Below are positions 1 through 9,377 of a stretch of 34,486 nucleotides of DNA, in pieces. The first letter of the stretch is position 1, and every line of letters begins with the position of its first letter. The position numbers were made by a program, and so were the translations under genes. Under the pieces are notes generated by a model. That model did not search any database. It was not told the origin of the DNA and saw only the letters and a list, made by a program, of their open reading frames with translations. This DNA is from an uncultured virus (IMG/VR IMGVR_UViG_3300048502_000088) (Duplodnaviria; Heunggongvirae; Uroviricota; Caudoviricetes). The stretch is from the IMG/VR virus record IMGVR_UViG_3300048502_000088, positions 62,001-96,486 of that record. One strand, given 5' to 3'.

Positions 1-263
1 AAGCGCGCGAACTTCTCGGTTTCCAGTTGCTCCCACTTCTGCTGCGTCCCCGGCATGGGCTGCATCTCGGTGACGGGGCCGTAGGCGCAGTGGCTGCTGC
101 GACCGCGCTTGTACTTGAGGATGTCGGCCTCAAACGTGGTCTTTTCGCCGTGCTCCAGGTAGTTGCGCAGCGACTTCTTGTAGAAGTTCGCCGTCCAGTT
201 GCTTAGGGTTTTGTACCCGTTGTCGTCGAGTGTCGCCCCAGCCTTAATCATCATGCGGCTCAT
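1..263 (-). CDS. Probable major capsid protein, N-terminal part (runs off window)
   Basis: ATG at 263 with AGGAG RBS; open to window edge (MSRMMIKAGATLDDNG...). Call rests on position after portal and prohead protease only. Confidence 0.5.
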   Translation of the reverse strand, partial: MSRMMIKAGATLDDNGYKTLSNWTANFYKKSLRNYLEHGEKTTFEADILKYKRGRSSHCAYGPVTEMQPMPGTQQKWEQLETEKFAR

Positions 264-303
264 ATTTTCTCCTGTTTTATTGGCCTAGTTGACAGCCCGA
301 ATT

Positions 304-2184
304 TTAAAGCCCGACCGATCCGTCTTCGGCGTCGGGTTCCGACGTCGGAGTTCCGCTGCCGTCACGCTTGATCAGTTGCAGTCCAACTCCGCGAGGGAAT
401 CCGTCCGTGCCAGTACCCTTGACCGCCTGGCCGATGGGGAGCACCGGATTGTTGGGCGTGCCGACTGCGGTGAGTTTGTCAACCAGTGCGGTCAGCGCGT
501 CAATCTTCGCGTCGTACCCCTTCTGCATGCCCTTGAGCGCCTCACTCACGGCGGCGGCGACATCCGGCTCAGCGGACTTTGCCATCTCAGCGTCCACGTC
601 TTTGCAGACCTGTGCGAGAGCAGCCTTACCAGCGTCGGAGTCGTAGTCCATGCCGCTCGCCATTGCGTGCGCGTGCTCGGCCATCGCGTCCATGGCCTTG
701 CCCATTTTTTCGTGGTGAGCTTCCTTATCGGTGTGGTGTTCCATCTGCGCCTTGCAGAACGCCATCTGCGCCTTGGGGCCAGCCGAGGTTTCGCCGTCGG
801 CCTTGCCTACCTCGCCCTTGTGGTGCTCCATCATGGCCTTGCATGCTTCCTTCATCTCGCCATGAGACGCTGCCATTTTTTCGTGCATGTCGGCGCACTT
901 TCCGAAGTGCGCGCCCATTTTCTTGAAGTGAGCCGCGAGACCCTTTTTCGCCGCCTTCAGCATTTCTTCGTTCATTTTTTTTGCTCCTGTGTTGGGTTCG
1001 GCGGTCTTGGTAGCCACCGGTATGACTGCTTTAGCAGCGGGAATCAGCTCTGCGGCCTCTTCGGCGCACATCGTTACGAGACTGTCGGCCAACTGCTCCA
1101 CGTGATCGCGGAGCATATCGGGCATTTCGGAGTCGTCACCCTCGTACTCCTCTTCGGCGATGCTGGACCGCCAGAGGTACGCGAGATCCTGAAGGATCTG
1201 TGCGAAGCGGGATACGTCGTACAGCCCCTTTTTAAGGTTGTGCTTCGCCGCGCTCCTGGTGACTGCTTCCGAGAATTTCGCCGTTACCGCTGCGACCATC
1301 TTGTCGGCGGACACCTCGATGCCTGCGGCGCGGGCGGCGGCGGTGATGCGGGCGTGGACCTTTTCCTTCTCATCCTCAGGTATGCCCTTGGCTTGCTCCC
1401 AGCGAGCTAATGCATTTCTCAGGTGGCTCCTGGTGAGAGCGGGGCTGGAGAATTTGATCGGGAACTTCCAGGTGGAAGTGTCTTTGGGGTCGCCTACGTA
1501 GGCGAAGGCGCTTTCGGGTAGGTCTTCACCGGCTACTCGTTTGGTGGGGGCCGCATCGGCGGACTTCTCAGCGGGCGCAAACTTGCGCATCTCGCTGGAG
1601 CCGTTTGCTTTCTGGTAACGGAAACTGGCGGACTTCACGGAGTCGAAGTGGGCGGCGTCGAGGCAGGGGTTGTCTACGAAGGAGACTTCGGAGATTTTGG
1701 CTGCGTAGTCCACAACGGGGTTTGCCTTTTTGCACTTACTGCACGACACTACGCCCGTTTTTTCGTCTTCCTGTGGATCGGCAGAGCAACAAATTGTAGA
1801 CTTCTTGGTGTAGCGCCCGGCCTGAGAAAATCCAGTGACCAAGCCTCGCCGCAGCATGTCGCTGATCTCAGCGTTAGCGGCCTGAGCACCGATCTTAATG
1901 GCCTTTGCGGCGTCGTCGAAGTCCATTTTCTGGACCTTCCCGGCAATCACGCCAGCGTGCATGAGGCGAACGTTTCCGAGGGACGGCTCTTGACCTGCCA
2001 GCGTGGTGGACTCAAATATTTCGTTCGACCAAGCCTTCGTTAAAGGCACCTGCCAGTCGTAGATGCAGCGCTCGTTATCCTTGTCCACCTTTTCGGCGGT
2101 CATGATCCCGTAAGCGGTCGCGAGTCCATCGGGTCCGTCAACAACGTCGGTGATGGTGACTGTCTTGCGAAATTCCTTCATCAA
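304..2184 (-). CDS. Prohead protease / scaffold fusion
   Basis: 626 aa; N-terminal VDKDNE...RLMH...TGFSQAG...ISEVSFVDNP pattern of phage maturation proteases; central FAYVGDP...WKFPI...H.RNALAR domain; His/Met/Ala-rich helical C-terminus; between portal and capsid genes. Confidence 0.75.
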   Translation of the reverse strand: MMKEFRKTVTITDVVDGPDGLATAYGIMTAEKVDKDNERCIYDWQVPLTKAWSNEIFESTTLAGQEPSLGNVRLMHAGVIAGKVQKMDFDDAAKAIKIGAQAANAEISDMLRRGLVTGFSQAGRYTKKSTICCSADPQEDEKTGVVSCSKCKKANPVVDYAAKISEVSFVDNPCLDAAHFDSVKSASFRYQKANGSSEMRKFAPAEKSADAAPTKRVAGEDLPESAFAYVGDPKDTSTWKFPIKFSSPALTRSHLRNALARWEQAKGIPEDEKEKVHARITAAARAAGIEVSADKMVAAVTAKFSEAVTRSAAKHNLKKGLYDVSRFAQILQDLAYLWRSSIAEEEYEGDDSEMPDMLRDHVEQLADSLVTMCAEEAAELIPAAKAVIPVATKTAEPNTGAKKMNEEMLKAAKKGLAAHFKKMGAHFGKCADMHEKMAASHGEMKEACKAMMEHHKGEVGKADGETSAGPKAQMAFCKAQMEHHTDKEAHHEKMGKAMDAMAEHAHAMASGMDYDSDAGKAALAQVCKDVDAEMAKSAEPDVAAAVSEALKGMQKGYDAKIDALTALVDKLTAVGTPNNPVLPIGQAVKGTGTDGFPRGVGLQLIKRDGSGTPTSEPDAEDGSVGL

Positions 2185-2292
2185 TGTTTAGTGTTGTCAT
2201 GCGATGTTATTCCCAGGCAAGTGCCGTAAAAATGACATTCATACATAACCACCAGTAGCGGCGTGTATCTCATTTTTGGTAGGCTGTTGTTA

Positions 2293-2499
2293 ATGGCGAA
2301 GACGGGAGAACCAGGAAAGACGAGGTCGTGGCGTCTGATGACAGAGGAAGAAGTGTCGGACTTGCTGTGCCTCTCGCTTGCTGCGATCAGGAAGAGACGG
2401 AGGCTCGACATGCCCCCGAAATTCATCAAGATCGGCGCGTCCGTTCGCTACAGACCAGAAGACGTGGACGCTTTTATTGAAGGGGGCGGTGGCAGGTGA
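2293..2499 (+). CDS. AlpA/excisionase-like HTH DNA-binding protein
   Basis: LMTEEEVSDLL.LS...IRKRR...PPKFIKIGASVRYRPEDVDAFI is the AlpA/HTH_17 pattern. Confidence 0.8.
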   Translation: MAKTGEPGKTRSWRLMTEEEVSDLLCLSLAAIRKRRRLDMPPKFIKIGASVRYRPEDVDAFIEGGGGR

Positions 2500-2753
2500 C
2501 CGACTTCGACATCGCCCGCCAGCAGGCGTGGGATAGGTTCGCTGCGCACGCCTCAGAATGCACCTTCATTAGGGTAGGTCCGAACGGGGAAATGCTAGAC
2601 AATGTCAAGGATCGCTCTGCGCAGCTTGCCGCTGAGCGTGCGGACGCGCTGTTGGCTGAGCGGGACAAGCGATTTACTGCGGAGGGGTCGGCGCTGGGAC
2701 TGAAGCCAGCCACGGAACCGCTGGCCCCGAGGTTCATGGGGTCCGCTGATTGA
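2496..2753 (+). CDS. Hypothetical protein
   Basis: 85 aa; GTGA/TTGA overlaps with both neighbours. Confidence 0.6.
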   Translation: MTDFDIARQQAWDRFAAHASECTFIRVGPNGEMLDNVKDRSAQLAAERADALLAERDKRFTAEGSALGLKPATEPLAPRFMGSAD

Positions 2754-3283
2754 CCGCCATAGCAGGCTTCATCCACACAGACGGCAGGGTCTGGATCGGC
2801 GGCGACAGCGCGGGTTCCTGTGGTCCCGATTTAACGCTCCGTGCCGACCCGAAGATATTCCGCAACGGAGACTTCCTGTTCGGGTTCACCTCCAGCTTCC
2901 GCATGGGGCAGGTTCTCCGTTACAAATTCCAACCGCCAGAGCGCCACGATCAGGAGATTTTTTCCTACATGGTGACGACGTTCGTGGATGCGGTGCGAGC
3001 CTGCCTGAAGGATGCCGGTATGGCTTCGAAGGACAAGGAAGTCGAGAGCGGAGGGACGTTCCTGATCGGCTATCAGGGAAGACTGTTTCTCATTGATGGC
3101 GATTATCAGGTGGAGGAACCGCTGGACGGGTACGACGCCTGCGGGTCGGGACATGCACTGGCGCGTGGGGCGTTGTTTGCTACGCATGGGATGGAGCCAG
3201 CGGCGCGGATAACGACGGCGCTTCAGGCTGCGGAGCGGCATAACTGCATGGTGCGGGGGCCGTTTGTGGTGGACAGTATTTAA
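2750..3283 (+). CDS. HslV/proteasome-beta-like Ntn-hydrolase peptidase
   Basis: Thr directly after Met, GGDS near N-terminus, conserved K, ACGSG..A.GAL motif; 177 aa. Confidence 0.75.
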   Translation: MTAIAGFIHTDGRVWIGGDSAGSCGPDLTLRADPKIFRNGDFLFGFTSSFRMGQVLRYKFQPPERHDQEIFSYMVTTFVDAVRACLKDAGMASKDKEVESGGTFLIGYQGRLFLIDGDYQVEEPLDGYDACGSGHALARGALFATHGMEPAARITTALQAAERHNCMVRGPFVVDSI

Positions 3284-3300
3284 GGGAGACCCCAGCAAGG

Positions 3301-6300
3301 CTACTTAAATTTCGTGGCTATTTGTATACACCGGCATTTTGGGTGAGCCACGGGCCGCACGTGGCCTGAAGGAAAAGCCTTACCGAACTCTACCGGCCCT
3401 GCATCGGCATTAGCCTGGCACTCATCGCACGGCCCCAAGGACGAGCAAACCCACTTCGTAGCCAGCACCACCCCAGTCTGCTCCCAGGCGGCGTAATTTC
3501 CCGCCGACTGCGCGTTGTGAACCTCGGTGGCAGCGATATTCTCCGCTCGCGCCTCATCGAACGTGTCCAGGTCCTTGATGGCCTGGATGAGGTCGGTCAT
3601 CTTCGTCTCCGCCGAGAAAGCATCCGTGACCGCCTTGCGGATCGCCTCCCGCGTGGTCGCGTCGATACTCCACGCGGCATTCGGATTAGCCACCAGCTCC
3701 CCATCCACCCACTTCATGCCGACCATCTCAGCGGCACGGTCCTGTGCAAACTCGCGCGCCAGTTGCTGCTGTGTGCCGATGTTTACCGAAGACACGGCCT
3801 GCACTTGCGACAATCCACGGAGCGCACCTGAGTGCGCGGCTTCGTACAAAGTTTCCTCCACGATAGACGGCAGGTCGAAGACTTCGTAGTCCAACGCGGC
3901 GTACAGGATCATATCGCGCTGGTCGTCTTTGCGGAGTTTGCCTCTGGAGATTTTCTTGACGCTGGAGATTCTGGTGATAACGCCTGACTTGATGCCAGTA
4001 AGCCACTTGTGGACATCCTGCTTCAGCTGAAGCTTCAGGTGTTTTGTGCTGGCGTCATCCGCAGGATCGTTGCTGGCTTCGGAGGTCGGATCAGCTTCGG
4101 CTGAGATCACCGGCGTGGAGACGGTAACTGGTTGCGGTGCGCGGTCGGTGAAGGGGTCTGTCCCGTCACCCTTGGCCGTCTTCAGCGCAGCGGGAACGCC
4201 CAACAGTTCCACGCGCTCTGGATCACCGTCCCTGGGGCTGATTGTGATCGCGGTTACGTTGTATGTCAGGCCCGCCATGGCGGTGCTCATGGACTCCACA
4301 TACGACGCTGCATTGTCTGGATTTACGTAGGCGATGGTGGCGTGCGGGTGATACTCGAAGTCGGCTTTCTTCCAGTCGCCGTGTGCCACGATGGATGCGT
4401 TGATGGATGCCAGATCCGAAGACTCAACCTCAACGTGCAATGGCGCGGCGTCATCGCTGTTGGCGGTCGGATCGAATGCCGCTACCTTGCCGAAGGCGAT
4501 ATTGAACGGCGGCATATCGCGGAGATGCTTACGGATGGCGGCGGTGTCGCCCTTGAAGCCATAACGAACCGTTATGTGGGGGGTATTCTCCAGTCCCTTC
4601 GCCATCAAATGCGATTTATCGATGGACGCCCGCAGTGCGGCTAGCTTCATGCCTGCGTCACTGGCAGGGGCGATGTCTACCTGCGTACTCCCGTAGGAAT
4701 ACTTCTCGAGGCCACGGAGCATCAACGGCGCATCCTCGTCAACCGGCACCGCGTCAAACACCTTACCCGAAGGTATCGACCAGACCTTCTCGACCTGGGT
4801 CCCCGGCACAAACATCGGCATGGGGTCGCCGCGTTCGACCAGGATGACCCTGCTGGACTTGCGGGAGCGGGCGGGTTCAGGTGGCGCTACTTGTGGTGTC
4901 GGCTTAGGGTCGTCTGAGTTTGCGGGGGGCGCTCCGATGGCAAGCCAGCCGTTAGGCGTCAACGCCCCGAGTTGGTCCGCCTGTGGCTCAGCGCGTGGAT
5001 CGTCGCCTCTGAGCTCCCGGCGTTCGTTGATCGTGTAGATGCCGCTCTTGACGTAGCCGGTATCGATCTCCATTTGCTTGAGTCCGTCAAGTTCCATCTG
5101 CGGGTCAAAGGATATTTCGTATTGGTCGTAGCCCAGCTTGCGCTGGATGAAGAAGTTTAGCTGTGCCTGGAGCCACTGGACGTACGGGGCCGTGCCTTCT
5201 TCTTCGGCGGCGTCCTGGGCCGCGACAGCTGATGCGCGGTTCATCGATTTCAGGAGTCGTTGTGCTGAGCATCCAATCCCGAACGAAATCTGATGGATCA
5301 GGTAGTCGTCGAACAGGTCAGTCAGCAGCGGTTCCTTCGGGAATAGGATCTGCTCCTGTTTTCCGTCCCGCTGAAATCCCTGAATGACGCGGTACCCACG
5401 GCGGGTATCGAGTTGCCCGGACAGTTCTGAGTTCATCCACTGCATCGCCTCGGTGGCCTCTTTGGCGGTCACGTCGGCGGGGGCGATATGGAGCATGTCG
5501 GGGATGCTGCCTGAGCGGTAGTAGGCGTAAACGAAGATGAGGCGGGCGACGCCGATCTCGATAAGTTTGGCGATTTGCTCGACGCTGCCGAATCCGTAGA
5601 GCGCACTCGACATAGTGTTACGCGGAGCAATATTTCGGGGCACGTAAAATAGCTGATCCGTAGTGCAATCGATCCTTGGAATCCCGTCCCAGAGCTGACT
5701 ATATGCAGGGCTTGGAGGCTCCGGCGTGAACCCAGTGTCGTCAATATAACGCGCAATGGAATCACTACTCAGGAGCACCTTGAGGCGCGGAATGCCGCCC
5801 CTACTGCCGCGCTCCACGGCGAAACATGCGCTGTCGGTAACGAGCATCGCATCAAGGAATGGCCTCAACCACTGCGACCACGGCTGCTGGCCATCGGGGC
5901 ACTCGAACAGCCCGGTCAGTCTGCCGATGTTCTTGTCCCTCATGGCGCGCTTAGCGCGGTCGGTGTGCATCTCGCCAGCAACCGGCTTCAGTTGGATGCG
6001 CCACGGCAGGTAGCAGATCGTGTCTTTGACGTTCTCAATACAGATGCGGGCGAGGGGGTATTGCGAAAGGGTCTTAAGTTGAGCCGCCGTGTACTCAGCA
6101 TCCGGCCTCGGCGTATAAACCAGATTCTGCCCGTAGAAGAAATTCATCCCCAACGGCTGCGAGCCTGGCGGCCCCATCGGCTGTATCGGCTGCAACGCTG
6201 ACGGCCAGTTGCGGGAATCTACCCCCGCGATGGTAGATGGAGGCGGGCGGAACAGGCCATTCGCCATGCGACGGGCGCCGTTCGCAACGGCATTGGCCAG

Positions 6301-6342
6301 TGGGGCGATGTTACGAACTATCGGAGCCTGAATGAGACGCAT
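3301..6342 (-). CDS. Portal protein fused to 2H phosphoesterase (Acb1-like) and MuF head-morphogenesis domain
   Basis: aa ~1-470 portal-like (YGFGSVEQ, GIYTINERRE.RG.DP); HITV (His589) and HATI (His667) 2H motifs; C-terminal RAENIAATE...KW...C..C...AHPKCRC MuF signature. Confidence 0.85.
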   Translation of the reverse strand: MRLIQAPIVRNIAPLANAVANGARRMANGLFRPPPSTIAGVDSRNWPSALQPIQPMGPPGSQPLGMNFFYGQNLVYTPRPDAEYTAAQLKTLSQYPLARICIENVKDTICYLPWRIQLKPVAGEMHTDRAKRAMRDKNIGRLTGLFECPDGQQPWSQWLRPFLDAMLVTDSACFAVERGSRGGIPRLKVLLSSDSIARYIDDTGFTPEPPSPAYSQLWDGIPRIDCTTDQLFYVPRNIAPRNTMSSALYGFGSVEQIAKLIEIGVARLIFVYAYYRSGSIPDMLHIAPADVTAKEATEAMQWMNSELSGQLDTRRGYRVIQGFQRDGKQEQILFPKEPLLTDLFDDYLIHQISFGIGCSAQRLLKSMNRASAVAAQDAAEEEGTAPYVQWLQAQLNFFIQRKLGYDQYEISFDPQMELDGLKQMEIDTGYVKSGIYTINERRELRGDDPRAEPQADQLGALTPNGWLAIGAPPANSDDPKPTPQVAPPEPARSRKSSRVILVERGDPMPMFVPGTQVEKVWSIPSGKVFDAVPVDEDAPLMLRGLEKYSYGSTQVDIAPASDAGMKLAALRASIDKSHLMAKGLENTPHITVRYGFKGDTAAIRKHLRDMPPFNIAFGKVAAFDPTANSDDAAPLHVEVESSDLASINASIVAHGDWKKADFEYHPHATIAYVNPDNAASYVESMSTAMAGLTYNVTAITISPRDGDPERVELLGVPAALKTAKGDGTDPFTDRAPQPVTVSTPVISAEADPTSEASNDPADDASTKHLKLQLKQDVHKWLTGIKSGVITRISSVKKISRGKLRKDDQRDMILYAALDYEVFDLPSIVEETLYEAAHSGALRGLSQVQAVSSVNIGTQQQLAREFAQDRAAEMVGMKWVDGELVANPNAAWSIDATTREAIRKAVTDAFSAETKMTDLIQAIKDLDTFDEARAENIAATEVHNAQSAGNYAAWEQTGVVLATKWVCSSLGPCDECQANADAGPVEFGKAFPSGHVRPVAHPKCRCIQIATKFK

Positions 6343-6422
6343 GCTGCGTTCAGGGTAGCAAACGCGGGCGGGTAGGCGCTATAAATCAGGGAGATAGGAG
6401 GTCGGCGTGGGTGCTGGCAGCG

Positions 6423-7064
6423 TCACGGTCCCTCCCACTTCCCACCCACCTTAACCTGCCACGCAGGCGACCCAAACAACTCAGCGGAGTACCTGGTGCG
6501 CGGCGATTCCGGCATCTCATACCGGGAGTCATCCAGTTGCTTACGCGCCAGGTCAATCTTCCTGATCTCAGCCTCCAGCGGAGCTTTGGCCTCTTCCGCC
6601 TCGTTGATCGAACTCTCGATGGTGTTCAGGAGTGCCCGCTTAACCCGATCCCCGCCCCTCCATCGCGCGGTAATATTATCCCCCGCCTTCCGCCACTTGT
6701 CAGTCACGCGGTTGAGTTGCGAGATACTGGCCCGCGCTGTAGCCTCCTGCGAAGACAGGCTATTCAGCACACCCTCAAGGATATTGCAGTTCGGGTTATC
6801 GTTCAGGATGCTCATGGTGATCTGACGGATCAGCGTGAGCGCGTTCAGGATTGCGTTATCCTCACCAGCGATAAGGCCGGTGACGTCGTATGCCGCCCGC
6901 GTGTTTGGGTCGATCAGGATGTCGTGGGCTTTCTTGGTGCGGAGGAAGGCCTCGGGGTCGCCGGTAATGTCCGGGTGGTGCTGTCTGGCCAGGATACGGT
7001 AGGCTTCGCGGATATCGGATTCGGTGGCGTCGGTGGGGAGGTCGAGGACCTCATAAGGATTCAA
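6423..7064 (-). CDS. J-domain (DnaJ-like) protein with coiled-coil C-terminus
   Basis: NPYEVL...IREAYR.LARQHHPD...AHDIL.DP..RAAYD with intact HPD; probable TTG start at 7064 overlaps the upstream TGA. Confidence 0.85.
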   Translation of the reverse strand: MNPYEVLDLPTDATESDIREAYRILARQHHPDITGDPEAFLRTKKAHDILIDPNTRAAYDVTGLIAGEDNAILNALTLIRQITMSILNDNPNCNILEGVLNSLSSQEATARASISQLNRVTDKWRKAGDNITARWRGGDRVKRALLNTIESSINEAEEAKAPLEAEIRKIDLARKQLDDSRYEMPESPRTRYSAELFGSPAWQVKVGGKWEGP

Positions 7065-7246
7065 AGTAAATACGCCTTCCGGTACCGCTGTATTTGCTCG
7101 TCCGTCAACGGATAATCCCGCGCACCGCAGCACAACTTGCACGTATCCAGCCCCGGCGCGTCCGAGTTACAGGCGGGGCAGAGGTTCCACCATATCCGCC
7201 AGCGGGCTTGCAGGCGGATCAGCCAGAGGGGGGAGGCCGTAGTCAA
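7061..7246 (-). CDS. Small Cys-rich hypothetical protein
   Basis: CPACNSDAP...C..C; coupled to J-domain gene. Confidence 0.55.
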   Translation of the reverse strand: MTTASPLWLIRLQARWRIWWNLCPACNSDAPGLDTCKLCCGARDYPLTDEQIQRYRKAYLL

Positions 7247-7306
7247 CGTAGCCGCCTCCGCAGCACCGCGTACTTCGCCCGCAGATACCGCAACAGCCAG
7301 AGACGG

Positions 7307-7600
7307 CTATTCCGTGGCAAACGCATCCATTTCCTCTATGGTGATCCCGTGCTGCTGAACATAAACCGCATCCAGATACCCAATGATCGCCCCAATCATA
7401 ATCATCGGTTCGCGGGACATGGAATCAGAGATACCAGCTTTTTCCTCACCCGTGATCTTCATCATGAAGTCATCGACTTTCTGGCCTGCCAGTTCCGCGT
7501 GACGCGCAAACGCCGCATCCACCATCCCACGCACACCTTCGCCTGTGATCCACGCGGACGGACGTCCATCCCATAGTTTCTGTTTTTCTTCGGTGGTCAT
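7307..7600 (-). CDS. Hypothetical protein
   Basis: ATG at 7600 overlaps upstream stop (ATGA). Confidence 0.55.
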   Translation of the reverse strand: MTTEEKQKLWDGRPSAWITGEGVRGMVDAAFARHAELAGQKVDDFMMKITGEEKAGISDSMSREPMIMIGAIIGYLDAVYVQQHGITIEEMDAFATE

Positions 7601-7981
7601 TTTTTCTCTTCCTTCTGCGCCACTGCCCCCGGATGCGGCCGCCATGTGTCCGGTTTAATGCCCACGCCCTCAGCCACCGACTTCGTTGCCCATGCGGCTC
7701 CGCACATCGCACAGTGCAGGTGCAGCACCAGCGATGCCGTATTCCACTCGGGCTTTATATTCCGCGACCCGCACGCCAGGCACCACGGTTTAAGTGGTTC
7801 CGGGTCTCCGTTAACGGGCTGGCTGAGCTTCCATGCCACCCATGCGGCGGCGAGCCAGAGCGGCGCTATCGACAGCAGCCAGGAGTGGCGGCAGGCTGCG
7901 ACAGTGGACCACGCGACCAGCGCGGTGCCCAGCACATAGGCACCGAAGGGGGATAGGTCCGAGGCGGGTCAGGATGTTCAT
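7597..7981 (-). pseudogene. Membrane protein with CxxC...CxxC, apparently frameshifted at a G5 run
   Basis: ATG 7981 overlaps the upstream stop and joins ORF 7597..7935 if one base is removed from 7948-7952, giving MNILTRLGPIPFGAYVLGTALV...; two hydrophobic segments. Confidence 0.45.
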
Positions 7982-8343
7982 GCGTCCGCGACCGCACGGC
8001 GGTAGTCCACCATCTCTTTTCGTGCTGTACCTTGAAACTGGAACGGAACTGAGATCGACAGAACCTCCTCAGCGTAAATGCCGAACGTCCGCTGCCTTGT
8101 GGGCGTGGGAAAATCAGTGTAGTGGTCTCGCCCAAGGCTGATCCATGCTGTTACGTTGCGGGGGATGGGGTCTGGCACCGCCGCCAGCGTCGCCCCCGCC
8201 GCCAGCATCCCAAGGAAGCCACGCCGCGAATACCCGACCTGAGAGCGGCCCTTGAGCGGTTCGTCTTCGGGGATTATGAGGTTGTTTTTGCGCGTGAATG
8301 TCATAGCTTCACACGCCATCCTCGTCTGGAATTTTTTCAACAA
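7978..8343 (-). CDS. Hypothetical protein with internal twin-arginine-like motif
   Basis: SRRGFLGMLAAGATLAA; start uncertain. Confidence 0.5.
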   Translation of the reverse strand: MLKKFQTRMACEAMTFTRKNNLIIPEDEPLKGRSQVGYSRRGFLGMLAAGATLAAVPDPIPRNVTAWISLGRDHYTDFPTPTRQRTFGIYAEEVLSISVPFQFQGTARKEMVDYRRAVADA

Positions 8344-8381
8344 GAAATAGCCTCTTCTTGGTGGCTATTAGGTCCCCAACC

Positions 8382-9059
8382 TTAACATCGGGACCGACCG
8401 GTGCCAGCAGGGCAATACGAGTACCAGCCGGAGCGTTATCGTACACCGATAGTGATTCGCACGGCCAGACTGGCGGTATATAAGTCATCGTTTCCCTGTT
8501 TCGTTGATTGCAGCCAAGACCAGAATGTACGAATGCTCTACCTCAAAATCAACTTTCACGTCTCGTCCATATAGGCCAGGCACTCTCACATCTGCCTTGC
8601 ATCTCAGCCCGCTTGCCTCCAGAAACTCCTCCACGTCGTCCCTGAATGGATTCGGAGAACGGAGGCGCTGGTGAATCCCGAAATCGGCAATTCTCACACA
8701 CGTCTGAGAAAGATTGAAAATGGCGGTAGCTATGTTAACGGCATCTTGCCCAGACAGTTCCAGCTCAAGGCATCCGTTTCTTAAAGCAATCCCATGCTCA
8801 GCGCAGATATCACCTAAAATCTGCCGCTTCCGCTCGGTGGAATCCATTTTCACCTGAGCGTCTTGAAGATACAAGCCGGTCTGCCCGCAATCGGAAAGCA
8901 GATAGGACTCGTACAGCAAGGGCCGTTTCTCCAAAAACACGTCAACATGTGAGCCGTTCGGATAGACGAAAGGGGTGGACATCCGAAGTGCTCCGCTGCG
9001 CACGACATCGCATTCCTCTACCAGAGGCAACAAATGGACGATGTTTAACATCGGGACCG
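8382..9059. repeat. 15-bp direct repeat TTAACATCGGGACCG at 8382-8396 and 9045-9059
   Basis: Exact match read from sequence; brackets the DUF1828-like region. Confidence 0.85.
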
Positions 9060-9126
9060 TCCCGCCGACCACGGGGACTATCGTTGCGCCTACACCGAAC
9101 AGCCTAAGCATGTCTCTGCGGTTCAT
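8485..9126 (-). CDS. DUF1828-like protein, probably C-terminally truncated, with Tat-like leader
   Basis: STPFVYPNGSHVDVFLE...LSDCGQT...F..DVEEFL...V.G.YG...VDF; leader MNRRDMLRLFGVGA. Confidence 0.65.
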   Translation of the reverse strand: MNRRDMLRLFGVGATIVPVVGGTVPMLNIVHLLPLVEECDVVRSGALRMSTPFVYPNGSHVDVFLEKRPLLYESYLLSDCGQTGLYLQDAQVKMDSTERKRQILGDICAEHGIALRNGCLELELSGQDAVNIATAIFNLSQTCVRIADFGIHQRLRSPNPFRDDVEEFLEASGLRCKADVRVPGLYGRDVKVDFEVEHSYILVLAAINETGKR

Positions 9127-9377
9127 TCTGCACCCAAAATCTCACCCAAAGGAATCCACTTAAAAACCACATCATCCACCCAGCAGCGCACCTGGCCACG
9201 GTCGGGCGGAGACATCACGCGCACAGGGTAATATTTCCGACCTGAACGGTTCGACATGCGCCATAGCGCCGGATACGCCTGGAAGGGAGGCCAGACAGAG
9301 GGGCGGGAGGTGGCGTTGTTGAAGGCTGTCTTTGCCCAGTGGCCCGGCGTCGGATCTTCGTGCTCAAGGATCACCAT
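9123..9377 (-). CDS. Hypothetical protein
   Basis: GGAGG RBS; ATGA overlap with next gene. Confidence 0.55.
   Translation of the reverse strand: MVILEHEDPTPGHWAKTAFNNATSRPSVWPPFQAYPALWRMSNRSGRKYYPVRVMSPPDRGQVRCWVDDVVFKWIPLGEILGAE

Noticed and set aside
289..1410. 373-aa plus-strand ORF
   Set aside because: Antisense shadow of the protease/scaffold gene in GC-rich DNA; no motifs
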